DNA of 63,635 bases, counting the filler, from Octopus bimaculoides (lineage: Eukaryota), in assembly GCF_001194135.2 (NCBI RefSeq). It is 4 parts of 4 records of this genome, joined end to end, with 100 filler letters (N's around TTAATTAATTAA, not from the genome) between each part and the next. Parts side by side here need not be neighbours in the genome. Positions count along the whole stretch, not along the records: positions 1 to 16,854 come from NC_068993.1; 3 more parts are not named here. One strand, given 5' to 3'. Position numbers and translations under genes: made by a program. The notes under the pieces were generated by a model. That model was not told where the DNA came from and did no database searches. It worked only from the letters and a program-made list of their open reading frames with translations. Below, in pieces: positions 1 to 12,810 of the stretch (within the stretch, counting starts at the first letter, position 1; the number at the start of each line of letters is the position of its first letter).

Positions 1-154
1 TTCATTCTCCTTCTTGATAATTTGCTTCCTCGCAATGAAAACCGGTTAGAAAAAATCTTTATTAAATTATGCTTCCAGTTCAGCATTCTGGCTTTTTTTC
101 ATTTTCCTATTATTTCTCCACGTGCGGTTAACACAACCCCACTATTTACTGACT

Positions 155-234
<80 letters not shown>

Positions 235-300
235 GACAGAGAGAGACAGAGAGACAGACAGACAGACAGGCAGGCAGACACACACACACACATACACACA
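155..300. repeat. Compound microsatellite (TA)n-(GA)n-(GACA)n-(CA)n
   Basis: Directly visible simple repeats. Confidence 0.95.
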
Positions 301-1029
301 CGTGCAGGAAAAGTTTTTTTTTCACACAAGTAGAAGTATAAAGAAAACAAAGGTTGAAATGCTATGGAGCCTGTAAAAGGATTTATTTACATTGACTTAA
401 CCAGATTCACAATTTCATGATATCCACACTTAGTATGAGATAGAAGGATAAGCGTTATATTGCATTTGACTTAACTCTGACTGGACTTGTCATTTTAATA
501 GAAGACTAATGGTTCAAACTGCCATTAACTAAGATGCAATTTGGTTGATTAAAGTTGATCACAATGTCAGGGAGTCATGTGACTGCATGAATAACTGTTG
601 CACCAGAGTTTAAGCCTTGTATCAAGCCAATGTATGTCATGTGACTTGATGAGCAACAATTGCATGTTATATTCATGTAATAGATCATGTGACAGCATGG
701 AGAATGACTGCATTAAAAGTCAAGGCTGTGTTAATCCAGTGATTTTGTCATGTAATAGTATGAATGACAGGTTGTCAGAATAGAGAAATAAAAATAGAGA
801 AGTAGCTTGTTTGTCTATATGGCTGTCTCTGTGTTTTTGTATGAGAATGTGAATTACAATAGTGTTATATTTCTAGAGGTAATATTTATCCCCACTTAAT
901 CATTACATAGTTTACTGTAGTATATACCATGAGAGAAATTATCATACTGGCTTTTGGTGCAAAATGCACTTTTGTTTACATTGCTAGCAGGGAGATAGAT
1001 CCCTCCCATCTCTAGTGCTGAGACCAACA

Positions 1030-2880
1030 GATCACATGATTTCAACCTGCCTTGGTCTCATCAACGATGGACTCTTGACTGTTCCTGCTAGATATGTTGT
1101 AGTTTATTCAGTTTAGTTTGTATTTTCTAATAAACATATTTTCTTTATTTGTCCATATTTTATCCATAGTTTTCTTGAAACAAAAGCAAAGTGGGATGGT
1201 TAGGAATTTTGGTGATTTGTTCGTTGCATTAAGTCTAAATGTTTACTTAGAGGAATTTGTCTGGCTTTAAGATCTTATATTTGTTGCCTATAAATATTGT
1301 ATCTCTTTCTCAAGGTAAGATTGGTTTGTACTATTTAATCTTCATTACAACCATTACATTTAACACCACACTTTAAGTCTTTGACAAACAGGTGGTGCAA
1401 TTTTTTACAGAGAAAATATTCCTGGTTTTAATTTATATGTCTTCCATAAAGTTAAATTAGAATGACCACATTTTTTGACTATTGGTGTTGCGTTTATAGT
1501 AGGTAAGTTTAGTGCTGGTAAGTAAATAATTTTTTAAAAGTATTTTGGCTCTGTGTTATTACGCAAGATAGATTATTTGGTGTATTTGAATCACTTTTTT
1601 GTTCTTCGTAATTCTTAAATGTCTATTGCTTTAGCATGTTCTATTCTGTTGTCAATTAACTTTGTAGGTACTTGCTTTCAAGTAGTATTTGTTTTAATTC
1701 TTGAAGTCTTTTAATCCAAGTTTCAAAATCCAAAGCAATTGAGCATATTCACATATTCTTCATACTAGTTTAAATGGGATGTTTATGTTGATGTTTTGAG
1801 TAGCAGTAAGTAAATAGTATTGTGTAGAGTCTGTCAACTTGTACTGGATGTCAGTTAGAATTTTGTATCTTTCTTGATAGTTAGATAGAAAAGGCTGCTG
1901 AATTTGAATGTATTCCATTGCAAGCTATCTATTATTTATATTACTAACTAGGGTTTTTAAATTATTAGGTCGGTCAAGACTGGTTTTCATCTAAGTAACA
2001 GACATTGATGCTGTACATTAGTCTAGATTGTTCATATATTTGGACTTCTAGGTATGCCATGACAAAATTGGCTTAAGTTGGGGTAACCTTTGTTTCCATC
2101 ACAGTCTCAGATATTTGTAAATTCTACCATGAAAGTTGAAAAAATATTTTACTGGATGAATTTAATTCCTTAAGTAATCGATAATTTCTATTCAGTCTAG
2201 GATTTCATCAAAGAATTTTTTCAAAGCAGAATTATATGGATTTTTGTCTGTGGCTGGGTGGTATAGTATATTATAGAGGCTTACATCTCTGATAGTGCTT
2301 TCTTAACTTTTTTCTAGAGATGGTTTAACAGGTCCAAGTCCCATGTTATAAATCTTGATATATGTTTCAAAATGGGTTTCAGCAGTATGTCTACAAAGTT
2401 GCTGAGCCTGTGTTTCAAGTGTCATGCTGTTACAACTCAGCTTAATTTAATGTTGTTGGAGTGTTTACACACATTGAGGTTGATTTTGTTTACAAGTGTC
2501 TTACACTGATTTACCCTTGTGAATTCTAGGAAGTCTATACAGATTGCTGGTTTTACATTCAAGGTTCGTTAAGTAATTGTATTCCTTGTTTGTTAAGCTG
2601 TTTCAGGGTTCATTAATAAAGGTGTTAAGTTTCTTCATTGTTTTTGGTCGTAGGTGATAATTTATCTTTTCATAATAGGTAGTGTCTAGTAGTAGAGATA
2701 ATGTAGTATCTTTGTAGTATGCAATAGCCATAATTATTACAGCTCTTCCTTTATCTAATTCTTTAATAATGATGTCATTGTTATTTGTGGTTCAAGGATA
2801 ATTTCCCAATCCTTTCATCTGTGTCACATTTGGATTTAGAGCATGGTTGTTTATGATATGAGAAATTGGATATAAAATCA
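1030..2880 (-). mobile_element. Highly decayed Penelope-like element (RT plus GIY-YIG endonuclease remnants)
   Basis: Minus-strand remnants: NNDIIIKELDKGRAVIIM (about 2760-2715; PLE IKxADKG motif); RT segments homologous to the copy at 31.8-33.3 kb; KCNGCNED*IVQTNLTLRKRYNIYRQQI (about 1360-1280; GIY-YIG second motif). Many stops and frameshifts. Confidence 0.8.
1031..1068 (-). ncRNA. Degenerate minimal type I hammerhead ribozyme motif at the PLE 3' end
   Basis: Minus strand: catcg TTGATGA gacc-aaggca-ggtt GAAA tcatgtgat. Core C3 is T, stem II has a G-U pair; position just after the GIY-YIG ORF fits PLE terminal repeats. Confidence 0.5.
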
Positions 2881-3309
2881 CAAAAATTGCAAATTTGAAT
2901 TTTGGAGCATGCTGAAAAATTACAGCAAAGTAGAAATATATGAAAATTGGATTAACTTTACTCTGATGGTCATTCCTGAGTAAATGTTTTAAAAGAAAAG
3001 TTGGCATCAGAAGAAGGTGCTGGTTTGGTCATGTGATGCATATAGATGAGGACAGCTGCCTAAAGAACATAGACACACCTTTATAACATGAAAACACTCA
3101 TTTAGAATTTTCATATTTTGGTCTTACTTGTTTACCTTTTCTGAAACTTTTATCTAAAGTTTTTCTTCTACACTTGTTTATTTGTATCACATGATTGTTA
3201 TATTTATCAACTCATGGCCTCTGATAACACACTCTGGTTAATCCATGAACTGTTGACATGGACTGAAGTTTGTTCACTGGTGATACTCAAATATTTCCAC
3301 TCTGCATAT

Positions 3310-3490
3310 TGTATTGTGTTGAACTCCAGATGTGGAGGGAACCTCTAGAATAGAAGAATCCAGGAAGATGTGGAACAAAGTGATGAGAAATGATCTTAAA
3401 ATATTGACCCTCACAGAGGAGACAACAAAGGACCATGAAAATGGCAATTTGCTATGCTTGAGAAGACTCCACCCAGCTAAGTAAAATCAA
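3310..3490 (+). mobile_element. RTE-type LINE 3' coding remnant
   Basis: Reads like the RTE C-terminus (RKMWNKVMRNDLKILTLTEETTKD...). Confidence 0.5.
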
Positions 3491-3944
3491 GGCCATAAAG
3501 GCATGTCCTTTATATTCATGCCTCCTCGCCTGCATACAATCTGCAACCGCCCAACAAACTTCCCCTACAACCCATCTTTTCAATATCCTCTTCCCCCACC
3601 CATGTTCATAATCCCCCCACACTTTCTCACATACCTGCCTACACACAGTATTTTCCCATTGAATCTTTTCTCCATAACATAACTTCCCAATATCCCCTCC
3701 TACCTCTGCCCACTCCCTCTACCATTCTCCTTTCACAATCTCATGAACTCACTCACTCACTCACCCTCTCTAATTCCCTGTCCACTCACTATCGCATCTT
3801 CTCTTTCTCTCTCTCTTTCTCTCTCTTTCACTCTCCCCTCACTTGCCACTCTCTCCCCACCTGAGACAGCCACATTTCCCCTTTAATGCAAGACTCCTTT
3901 TCTGTCCCTCCATTCTACTCTTCTTCAGTTGAGGTGGTGGTGGG

Positions 3945-4165
3945 GGGTCTTGTCCTATAAGTTACTTGATGACCTCACTGCTGCTGGTACCAAATAAAAA
4001 CCACCCAGTACACTCTGTAAAGTGATTGGCATTAGGAAGGGCATCCATCCATAGAAATCATGCCAACGGAGATTACAGGAATTGGTGCAGTCTTCTGATA
4101 GTCCCTGTTGAACTGTCCAACCCACGCCAGCATGGAAAACACAATTAAATGATGATGATGATGAT
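3945..4165 (+). mobile_element. SINE / RTE-tail retroposon ending in (GAT)n
   Basis: Shares ggcattaggaagggcatcc...aacccatgccagcatggaaa and the (GAT)n tail with the copies at 9.7, 15.1 and 16.4 kb. Confidence 0.7.
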
Positions 4166-4169
4166 AATG

Positions 4170-4960
4170 AGGACTAATGAACTTGAAGAAGAAGAAGAAG
4201 AAAGACTTGGAGAGATTATTCCAGACAAGCTCAAAGCAGAAATCAAACAATTGCAAATAAGGATGAACTCCAATGAACAAAAATTCACATCAGCTGATAG
4301 ACAAATGGAAATTTAAAAAAAAAACTCACTAAATGAGAATACTGTGAAACTATGGAGAGAAAAATGTGAAAATGAAAACTCAATATCTCTACAGAAATGG
4401 AAGAAAAGTACTAATTGGTGTAATAATTATGTAACTGAATTAAAAAAAAAAAAGAAAGAATATTAATTTAGAATTATAGTTACCAAGGACACAAAAGCAA
4501 TAACATAAATTTCAGGATATTTAGACAATATATCATCAACCCCACTAGAAGAATCTAAAGAAACAAGAATCCAAACATCCACAAAGGAACAGGAATTGTA
4601 ACTCAAGAAATTATTCCAGACAGAACCAACCACAATTTAGACCTAAGAATGAACATTATTACTACAGAAAACTTGATAAAAACAGAGAAATTGTCAACAA
4701 ATAGAAACACCAACAGAATGATAGACATTAAAGATAATTTTTTAGCACCAGTCAATAGACTTTATGACTCCAGGTGGTACAAATCAAATGTGAGAAACCA
4801 AAGATGAGTAACCTTTCACGCAACAACCCTTCAACACAGCAAATCCAGGTTCTCTCAAAAACTTTAAAGTTCACTCCAACACCATAATACGCTAACTTCA
4901 ATGAAACACAGGGAGATATCAAATCATATCTAACAGAAGTAAAATATCTTCTGCAATATA
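4170..4960 (+). mobile_element. Penelope-like element N-terminal ORF fragment
   Basis: LSKTLKFTPTP*YANFNETQGDIK (about 4852-4923) matches ILSKGFKFTPTPQCSNYNEMKEDI of the PLE at 33.2 kb; upstream charged helical region. Confidence 0.65.
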
Positions 4961-5049
4961 TCTATGGATAAGCTTCAGGAAGACAGTTGTTTTAAGCTAC
5001 AGGTTGTAACAGCTACAAGTGAAATTATGTATCACAATTCTTTCTCTTT

Positions 5050-5360
5050 ATCTATTTTTCCTTGAGGACAGTACTGCATGTATTCTCAGAGGAAGTCAGG
5101 CAGGTGAATGATTTGTTGGCAGACCACAGAGGCTAAGGCAGACCACTGAAGATGGTCAATGTAACAAAAACTAAGGGATTTCTTCTGAGAGTTTTGTACC
5201 TCTTCAACTACTCTCTGTCATGGAGGTCACCAAAGAATTCTCCATACAGTATGATATTGGATTGGTGATTAATCTCCATCCTAGAAATGTATTCTGCTCA
5301 TCTCAAACAGCCATGGTACTGGTGACTTTAACCTCCTGAGGATGTCAATTTTGGGTGGTG
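5050..5360 (-). mobile_element. RTE (BovB-like) LINE C-terminal remnant
   Basis: Minus strand LR*AEYISRME (LRWAGHVSRME-like), IILYGEF, KSLSFCYIDHLQWSALA. Confidence 0.6.
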
Positions 5361-5519
5361 AATTCACTTCAGGGAATTTTAAAGAATGGTGCCAGAGTAG
5401 CACTGCTATAAGGTCTCAAGATTCTTAGATGGGAAACAGCAGGTAGCCCACAACATGGAGCCATAAAAGAGACTGGTCAGTACACTGGTTCTGTCCATGC
5501 TGGACTTTGTGTAAAAGTG

Positions 5520-5905
5520 ATGAAAGCGCTAATTGAAAAGATGAAGATGGGGAAGATAAAGATAATAATGATAATGAGTAGGAGGAGAATGGTGGTAATG
5601 GTGGTGATTGTGCTGGCTGAGTTGGTGATGATGATGGTTTATAAGTATTGCAATCATCATGCGTTGATTTTGAGAGAATTTGAAGGAATGAAATGTGCTG
5701 AATTGTAGACCTATTCAACCCAATATAGAAATAAAAATGCTAAAATACTGATGATGATGCAGTTTTCATCATCACCATCAGCAGCAGTAGTGACATCATC
5801 ATTACCATCATCGTTGTCATCATTGTCATCATCCTTATCATCATCAACCTCATCATCATCACCACCACCACCACCACCACCACCACTACTACCACCACCA
5901 CTACT
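5520..5905. repeat. Mixed trinucleotide microsatellites (GAT/GGT/CAT/CAC)
   Basis: Directly visible; source of the spurious poly-G/D/S ORFs. Confidence 0.85.
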
Positions 5906-6530
5906 ACCACCATTGTCTTGATCTGACAATGAAGATGTCGATGATGGGGGACAGAAGTAAAGTGAAATAAAGCTACATATATACAACAAAAATGAGAAAC
6001 AACATTACTATTCTAAAATAATTGAGTTGTTCACTGTCTATTGACTTTAGGTTTTTTCTTCTGTTTTTAACGAAACACTATTATTACTGTTATTGTTGTT
6101 AGTTTGATCATCCTTGTTGTTGTTGTTGCTTTTATTAATGTTACTATTACTACTGCCACTGCATGTTGATGTTGTTGCTTTTGTTGTCCCACCACTACCA
6201 CCACCAACACCAGCAGGTATGGAAGTGCAGGAATTGGCTATGTTTAGAGGCAGAAAGTAATGCTGGAATCAATAAAGCAATTTTGCCAATTACAGCCGAA
6301 CCCAAAGTGTTGTGTTTAAAGTTCAGTGTTGCTTGAAACTGTAGTCTGTGTGTTTGTACCATGGTTGTGTGTATATCTGTCTACACACACACACACACAC
6401 GCACACACAAAATACAACAAACACGCATGTGTATAAGATTGGTGTGCATGTGTGTGTGTTTGTGATTGAGTGAGAATGTGTTTGTTAGTGAGCATGTATG
6501 ACCATATACATACACACACACACACGCATG

Positions 6531-6562
<32 letters not shown>

Positions 6563-6589
6563 AAATGAGCCAAACACATGGCTCATTCT

Positions 6590-6953
6590 ATTCTAGTTAT
6601 ACTGTCTGTCACCATACAGTTCTGTCTACACATAACTATACCCAAAGTACAGACACATATAGTGTACTGTACAAATGACTATGACTGTACTGTGTCTTTT
6701 TTCAAAAACTATACTACGTTTTTTTTATCAAATACTGTACTGTCTCCATCTATAACTGTACGATGTAACTATCTACAATTGCACTGATTCTCTGTGTTAC
6801 TGTACTATGTACCTGTCAATAACTGTATTGTTTCTGTATCTATAACTATATCATGTAGCTGCTTATAGCTGTATTGTATCTGTCTATAACTGTACTGTAT
6901 CTCTTCATCTGTAACTAAAATATGTAATTCTCTATGACTGTACTGCACATCTG
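6590..6953. repeat. Degenerate ~20-bp minisatellite (CTATAACTGTACTGTGTCT-like), block 1
   Basis: Recurring aactgtactg / tgactgtactg units; same unit at 9135-9260 and 12575-12810. Confidence 0.75.
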
Positions 6954-8066
6954 NNNNNNNNNNNNNNNNNNNNNNNNNNNNNNNNNNNNNNNNNNNNNNN
7001 NNNNNNNNNNNNNNNNNNNNNNNNNNNNNNNNNNNNNNNNNNNNNNNNNNNNNNNNNNNNNNNNNNNNNNNNNNNNNNNNNNNNNNNNNNNNNNNNNNNN
7101 NNNNNNNNNNNNNNNNNNNNNNNNNNNNNNNNNNNNNNNNNNNNNNNNNNNNNNNNNNNNNNNNNNNNNNNNNNNNNNNNNNNNNNNNNNNNNNNNNNNN
7201 NNNNNNNNNNNNNNNNNNNNNNNNNNNNNNNNNNNNNNNNNNNNNNNNNNNNNNNNNNNNNNNNNNNNNNNNNNNNNNNNNNNNNNNNNNNNNNNNNNNN
7301 NNNNNNNNNNNNNNNNNNNNNNNNNNNNNNNNNNNNNNNNNNNNNNNNNNNNNNNNNNNNNNNNNNNNNNNNNNNNNNNNNNNNNNNNNNNNNNNNNNNN
7401 NNNNNNNNNNNNNNNNNNNNNNNNNNNNNNNNNNNNNNNNNNNNNNNNNNNNNNNNNNNNNNNNNNNNNNNNNNNNNNNNNNNNNNNNNNNNNNNNNNNN
7501 NNNNNNNNNNNNNNNNNNNNNNNNNNNNNNNNNNNNNNNNNNNNNNNNNNNNNNNNNNNNNNNNNNNNNNNNNNNNNNNNNNNNNNNNNNNNNNNNNNNN
7601 NNNNNNNNNNNNNNNNNNNNNNNNNNNNNNNNNNNNNNNNNNNNNNNNNNNNNNNNNNNNNNNNNNNNNNNNNNNNNNNNNNNNNNNNNNNNNNNNNNNN
7701 NNNNNNNNNNNNNNNNNNNNNNNNNNNNNNNNNNNNNNNNNNNNNNNNNNNNNNNNNNNNNNNNNNNNNNNNNNNNNNNNNNNNNNNNNNNNNNNNNNNN
7801 NNNNNNNNNNNNNNNNNNNNNNNNNNNNNNNNNNNNNNNNNNNNNNNNNNNNNNNNNNNNNNNNNTAACTGGACTATGCTTCTATCTATCAGGTTCTATC
7901 TATCTATCAACTTTTTGAACCATGAAAAATTTCTACCAGATTTTACAGAGTCTTGAATTTTTTTTAACATTCTTTTGCAATTGTCTGATAATACTGACAT
8001 AGACTTGCCCAAATGCATCAATGAATTAACAGTGAAATTTTTTTGCTGTTGTTACAATCATCTGAA

Positions 8067-9135
8067 ATGGAACTGTCAAAGCATGATATTCAAACAATTT
8101 TGCTATTCAACTCCAAAAAAGGACATAAAGCAGATGAAACTGCTTGTGATATCAATGAAACATTTGGTGAGGAAATGACCAGTGAGTGGTCAGCTCGAAA
8201 ATGGTTTAAACGATTTCACAGGGAAGATTGTGAGCATAGTGGACGCCCATCTATCATTGATGATAGTCAATTAAAGACCATCATTGAGAAAGATCCATGT
8301 AAAATCACTTGAGAACTAGCAAAAGAACTTCAAGTTAGCCAGAAAACTGCCTGTAACCATTTGCATGTGATTGGAAAATTAAAAAAGCTTGACAAATGGG
8401 TACCACATACTTTGAATGAAAGTAAAAAAATGTGCAGATATGAAATTTGCTCGTCGCTTCTTCTCCATAACCAGACCGATCCATTTCACAACTGTTTTGT
8501 AACTTGCAATGAAAAGTGGATTCTGTACAATAATAGAAAAACATTCTTCGCAGTGTTTGGACCAAAATGAAGCACTGAAAGCCTTCCCTAAACCTGAGCT
8601 CTTTAAAAAGAAGGTTATGGTGACTGTCTGGTGGTGTACTACCGGGCTCATCCACTATAACTTCTTAAAACCTGGAAAAACCATTACTGCAGAAACATAT
8701 TGCCATGAAATTGCCAAATTGAATGAAAAATTGCTACTCCTCCATCAGAGACTGGTCAACAGAAGAGGGCCAATCATTCTTCATGACAATGCTCGACCAC
8801 ACGTTTCACTAATGACGCTCCAGAAGTTGAGGGAACTTGGCTACGATGTTCTTCCCACCCAACTTATTTCCAAGACCTTTCTCCTACCGACTACCACTTT
8901 TTCAAGCACCTTGATGGTTTCCTGTGAGAAGAGTTCAAAAAGGAAACCAATGCTGAAAGTGCGTTCAAGGAGTTCATCATCTCCAGAACTACAGATTTTT
9001 ATGTTACCGGAATAAACAAACTTGTAACTCATTGATTGTAAAGGTACTTACTTTGATGAATAAAATTTCTATATTGTTAAAATATATTGTGATGAATTTC
9101 ATGTTTCAAAACATTGCTTACTTTTTACTCAGCCT
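8067..9135 (+). mobile_element. mariner (DD34D) transposase pseudogene with right TIR
   Basis: MELSK...GRPS, KWVPHTL, VTCNEKWILY, KVMVTVWW, HDNARPH and SPTDYHFF motifs across frameshifts; TIR-like end at about 9108-9135 resembling mariner/Hsmar1 ends. Confidence 0.95.
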
Positions 9136-9260
9136 GAGATAACCATATTGTCTCTGTTAGCTGTACTGTGTACTTCTCTATAACTCTACTGTGTCTCTGT
9201 GAATGTAGTGTGTACTTGACTATAACTGTACTGTATTCCAGTCTCAAACTGTACTGTATA
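9135..9260. repeat. Degenerate minisatellite, block 2
   Basis: ctgtactgtgta / ctataactgtactgta units. Confidence 0.65.
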
Positions 9261-9269
9261 TATGTTTAT

Positions 9270-9446
9270 CTTTTATCTTTTACTTGTTCCAGTCAAACAA
9301 AGTGATCGCCAGGACTGATTTTTTTAAAACATGGTATTTATTCTATCAGTCTCTTTTGCTGAACCTCTAAGTTATGGGGAGGTTAACAAACCAGCAACAG
9401 TTGTCAACAGTGGTGGGAGACAAACGCAATAGCACACATATATACA

Positions 9447-9504
<58 letters not shown>

Positions 9505-9660
9505 CAACAAGCTTCTTTCAGCTACCATTCTACCCAATCCAATCACAAGGCGTTAGTCAGCCTGAAACTATAGTAGAAGATACTTGCCCAAGGTACCTCA
9601 CAGATGGACTGGATCCAAGACTACATAGTTGAGAAGCTAGCCCCTTAATCACCCCAAAAC
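9270..9660 (-). mobile_element. tRNA-derived SINE with internal microsatellite (family A), CpG-decayed
   Basis: Reverse complement matches the copy at 11521 (ggcaccttgggcaagtgtcttctactatagcc core). Confidence 0.8.
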
Positions 9661-9705
9661 GCCCGTGTCTATGTCAATAACTATTTAATGTGAGCCTATA
9701 AGTGT

Positions 9706-10068
9706 AACATCATCATCATCATCATCATCATCGTTTAACGTCCGCTTTCCATGCTAGCATGGGCTGGACGATTTGACTGAGGACTGGTCAAACCGGATGG
9801 CAACACCAGGCTCCAATCTAATTTGGCAGAGTTTCTACAGCTGAATGCCCTTCCTAATGCCAACCACTCAGAGAGTGTAGTGGGTGCTTTTACGTGTCAC
9901 CCGCACGAAGGCTAGTCAGGCGGTACTGGCAACGGTCACGCTCAAAATGGTGCATCTTATGTGCCACCCGCACAAGAGCCAGTCCAGGGGCACTGGCAAC
10001 GATCTGACTTGGCTTGCAGGATCTTCTCACGCACAGCACATTTCCAAAGGTCTCGGTCAGTAGTCATC
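9706..10068 (-). mobile_element. RTE-tail retroposon with ~60-bp internal tandem units and (GAT)n tail
   Basis: (CAT)n then cgtttaacgtccgctttccatgctagcatggg...; two internal units. Confidence 0.85.
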
Positions 10069-10435
10069 NNNNNNNNNNNNNNNNNNNNNNNNNNNNNNNN
10101 NNNNNNNNNNNNNNNNNNNNNNNNNNNNNNNNNNNNNNNNNNNNNNNNNNNNNNNNNNNNNNNNNNNNNNNNNNNNNNNNNNNNNNNNNNNNNNNNNNNN
10201 NNNNNNNNNNNNNNNNNNNNNNNNNNNNNNNNNNNNNNNNNNNNNNNNNNNNNNNNNNNNNNNNNNNNNNNNNNNNNNNNNNNNNNNNNNNNNNNNNNNN
10301 NNNNNNNNNNNNNNNNNNNNNNNNNNNNNNNNNNNNNNNNNNNNNNNNNNNNNNNNNNNNNNNNNNNNNNNNNNNNNNNNNNNNNNNNNNNNNNNNNNNN
10401 NNNNNNNNNNNNNNNNNNNNNNNNNNNNNNNNNNN

Positions 10436-10597
10436 ACAGGCACAGACATGATTGTGTGATAAGAAGTTAGCTTCTCAACAACATGGTTGCAGGTTCAGTA
10501 CCACTGCACAGCACCTTGGACAGGTCACTTCTGCTATAGCCTTGGACAAACCACAGCCTTGAAAATGGATTTGGTAGACATAAATTAAAAGAAGCTC

Positions 10598-10605
<8 letters not shown>
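10436..10605 (+). mobile_element. Family A SINE head, old and CpG-free
   Basis: Degenerate match to the 11521 copy. Confidence 0.7.
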
Positions 10606-10630
<25 letters not shown>

Positions 10631-10799
10631 TTAGAAGACTGTTATTAACTGTTATGTCAGAGAGTGATCATTGGTTTTGCACCTATAAAGCACTTAGCTG
10701 TAGAGGCAAAAAGTCAGACTCAAATGGCCGGAGGCACACAGGCTCTTTACAACTGGAGGGAAGAAAACATTATGGTCAGTTAATTTTGTAAATAAAAAT

Positions 10800-10980
10800 T
10801 CTGTAACAAAACTCTACTGGCAAAGAGAGGTACAACATCACATCCTTGGCCAGCTACATATGGCATTTAAAAGAGGAGGATATGCCATACATAATTAAAC
10901 GGAAGCCCCTAGAACAACTAGAGCCATACCTCAATGGGAGCAAACAAATCCTGAAAAATAGAAATGTTTAGTCAGTGCTC
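10800..10980 (+). mobile_element. Penelope-like GIY-YIG C-terminal remnant
   Basis: TSLASYIWHLKEEDMPYIIKRK...PYLNGSKQ resembles the PLE motif T.LSKYIW.LK.......W.I....PY..G.K.C. Confidence 0.55.
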
Positions 10981-11434
10981 TCATCAGATTAAATTCATGT
11001 TGAAAACATGGAATTCCACATTTGCTGACTTGGGAAATGTTGCCAGGCTCAGACATTTGTGGCAGGCCCATTGTAGACATAACTGATAGCATGCTGGGGC
11101 ACCTGCAAAGTGGTGCTTCAGTGTAGCAGGAGTCTAATGACTGGAACAAGCAAAAGATAAAAGAACTGTATGTATACAGTTGTTGAAAAACCATTTTGGA
11201 TAGAAAAATGTCAAAGACAGCTTGTAGCCATGCTATATTTATAGCCTTAAATGCTTTGAGATTCATTGTTCCAAGAAAGCATTGNNNNNNNNNNGTGGAT
11301 AGATAGATAGATAGATAAGATATGTACATGTGTTTCATATTGCATCTAGCTGCATTTGTCATTTTATATATGTATGTGTGTATGTATGTATCTATGTATG
11401 CATATATGTATATATATATGTGTGTGTGTGTGTG

Positions 11435-11475
<41 letters not shown>

Positions 11476-11520
11476 TTATATATAAGATATATAAATATAT
11501 TTATATATACTAGGGTACTA

Positions 11521-11858
11521 GGCGCAGGAGCGGCTGTCTGGTAAGTAGCTTGCTTGCCAACCACATGGTTCTGGGTTCAGTCCCACTGCATGGCACCTTG
11601 GGCAAGTGTCTTCTACTATAGCCTTGGGCTGACCAAAGCTTTGTGAGTGGATTTGGCAGAAGGTAACTGAAAAGAAGCCCGTCGTATACATGTATATATA
11701 TATATACATATATATATATAAATATATTTGTATATGTGTGTGTGTATATGTTTGTGCATCTGTGTTTGTTCCCCCAACATCGCTTGACAACCGATACTGG
11801 TGTGTTTATGTCCCCCGTAACTAGCAGTTTGGCAAAAGAGACTGATAGAATAAGTACT
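11521..11858 (+). mobile_element. tRNA-derived SINE family A, near full length (runs into gap)
   Basis: tRNA-like head with A box (tggtaag) and B box (gggttcagtccc), conserved core, internal (TA)/(TG) tract, 3' body. Confidence 0.9.
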
Positions 11859-12574
11859 NNNNNNNNNNNNNNNNNNNNNNNNNNNNNNNNNNNNNNNNNN
11901 NNNNNNNNNNNNNNNNNNNNNNNNNNNNNNNNNNNNNNNNNNNNNNNNNNNNNNNNNNNNNNNNNNNNNNNNNNNNNNNNNNNNNNNNNNNNNNNNNNNN
12001 NNNNNNNNNNNNNNNNNNNNNNNNNNNNNNNNNNNNNNNNNNNNNNNNNNNNNNNNNNNNNNNNNNNNNNNNNNNNNNNNNNNNNNNNNNNNNNNNNNNN
12101 NNNNNNNNNNNNNNNNNNNNNNNNNNNNNNNNNNNNNNNNNNNNNNNNNNNNNNNNNNNNNNNNNNNNNNNNNNNNNNNNNNNNNNNNNNNNNNNNNNNN
12201 NNNNNNNNNNNNNNNNNNNNNNNNNNNNNNNNNNNNNNNNNNNNNNNNNNNNNNNNNNNNNNNNNNNNNNNNNNNNNNNNNNNNNNNNNNNNNNNNNNNN
12301 NNNNNNNNNNNNNNNNNNNNNNNNNNNNNNNNNNNNNNNNNNNNNNNNNNNNNNNNNNNNNNNNNNNNNNNNNNNNNNNNNNNNNNNNNNNNNNNNNNNN
12401 NNNNNNNNNNNNNNNNNNNNNNNNNNNNNNNNNNNNNNNNNNNNNNNNNNNNNNNNNNNNNNNNNNNNNNNNNNNNNNNNNNNNNNNNNNNNNNNNNNNN
12501 NNNNNNNNNNNNNNNNNNNNNNNNNNNNNNNNNNNNNNNNNNNNNNNNNNNNNNNNNNNTATATATATATATAT

Positions 12575-12810
12575 ATAACTATACAATTTTTCTTCCTATA
12601 ATTGTTTTCTCTCTCTCTCTAACTGTACTTTGTACTAGCATGTAACTGTACTGAGTAGCTGGCTACAACTGTACTGTGTCTAAGTCTATAACTGTACTGT
12701 GAACCTGTCTATGACTGTATTGTGTCTCTATCTGTAACTATGCTGTGAATCTATATATATATATATATATATATATAGCTATATTTTGTCTCTCTGCAAC
12801 TGTGATCTGT
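12575..12810. repeat. Degenerate minisatellite, block 3
   Basis: taactgtact / ctataactgtactgtg units. Confidence 0.7.

Noticed and set aside
1-100. Minus-strand frame MKKARMLNWKHNLIKIFSNRFSLRGSKLSRRRM open to the window edge
   Set aside because: Too short and no recognisable homology; needs adjacent sequence
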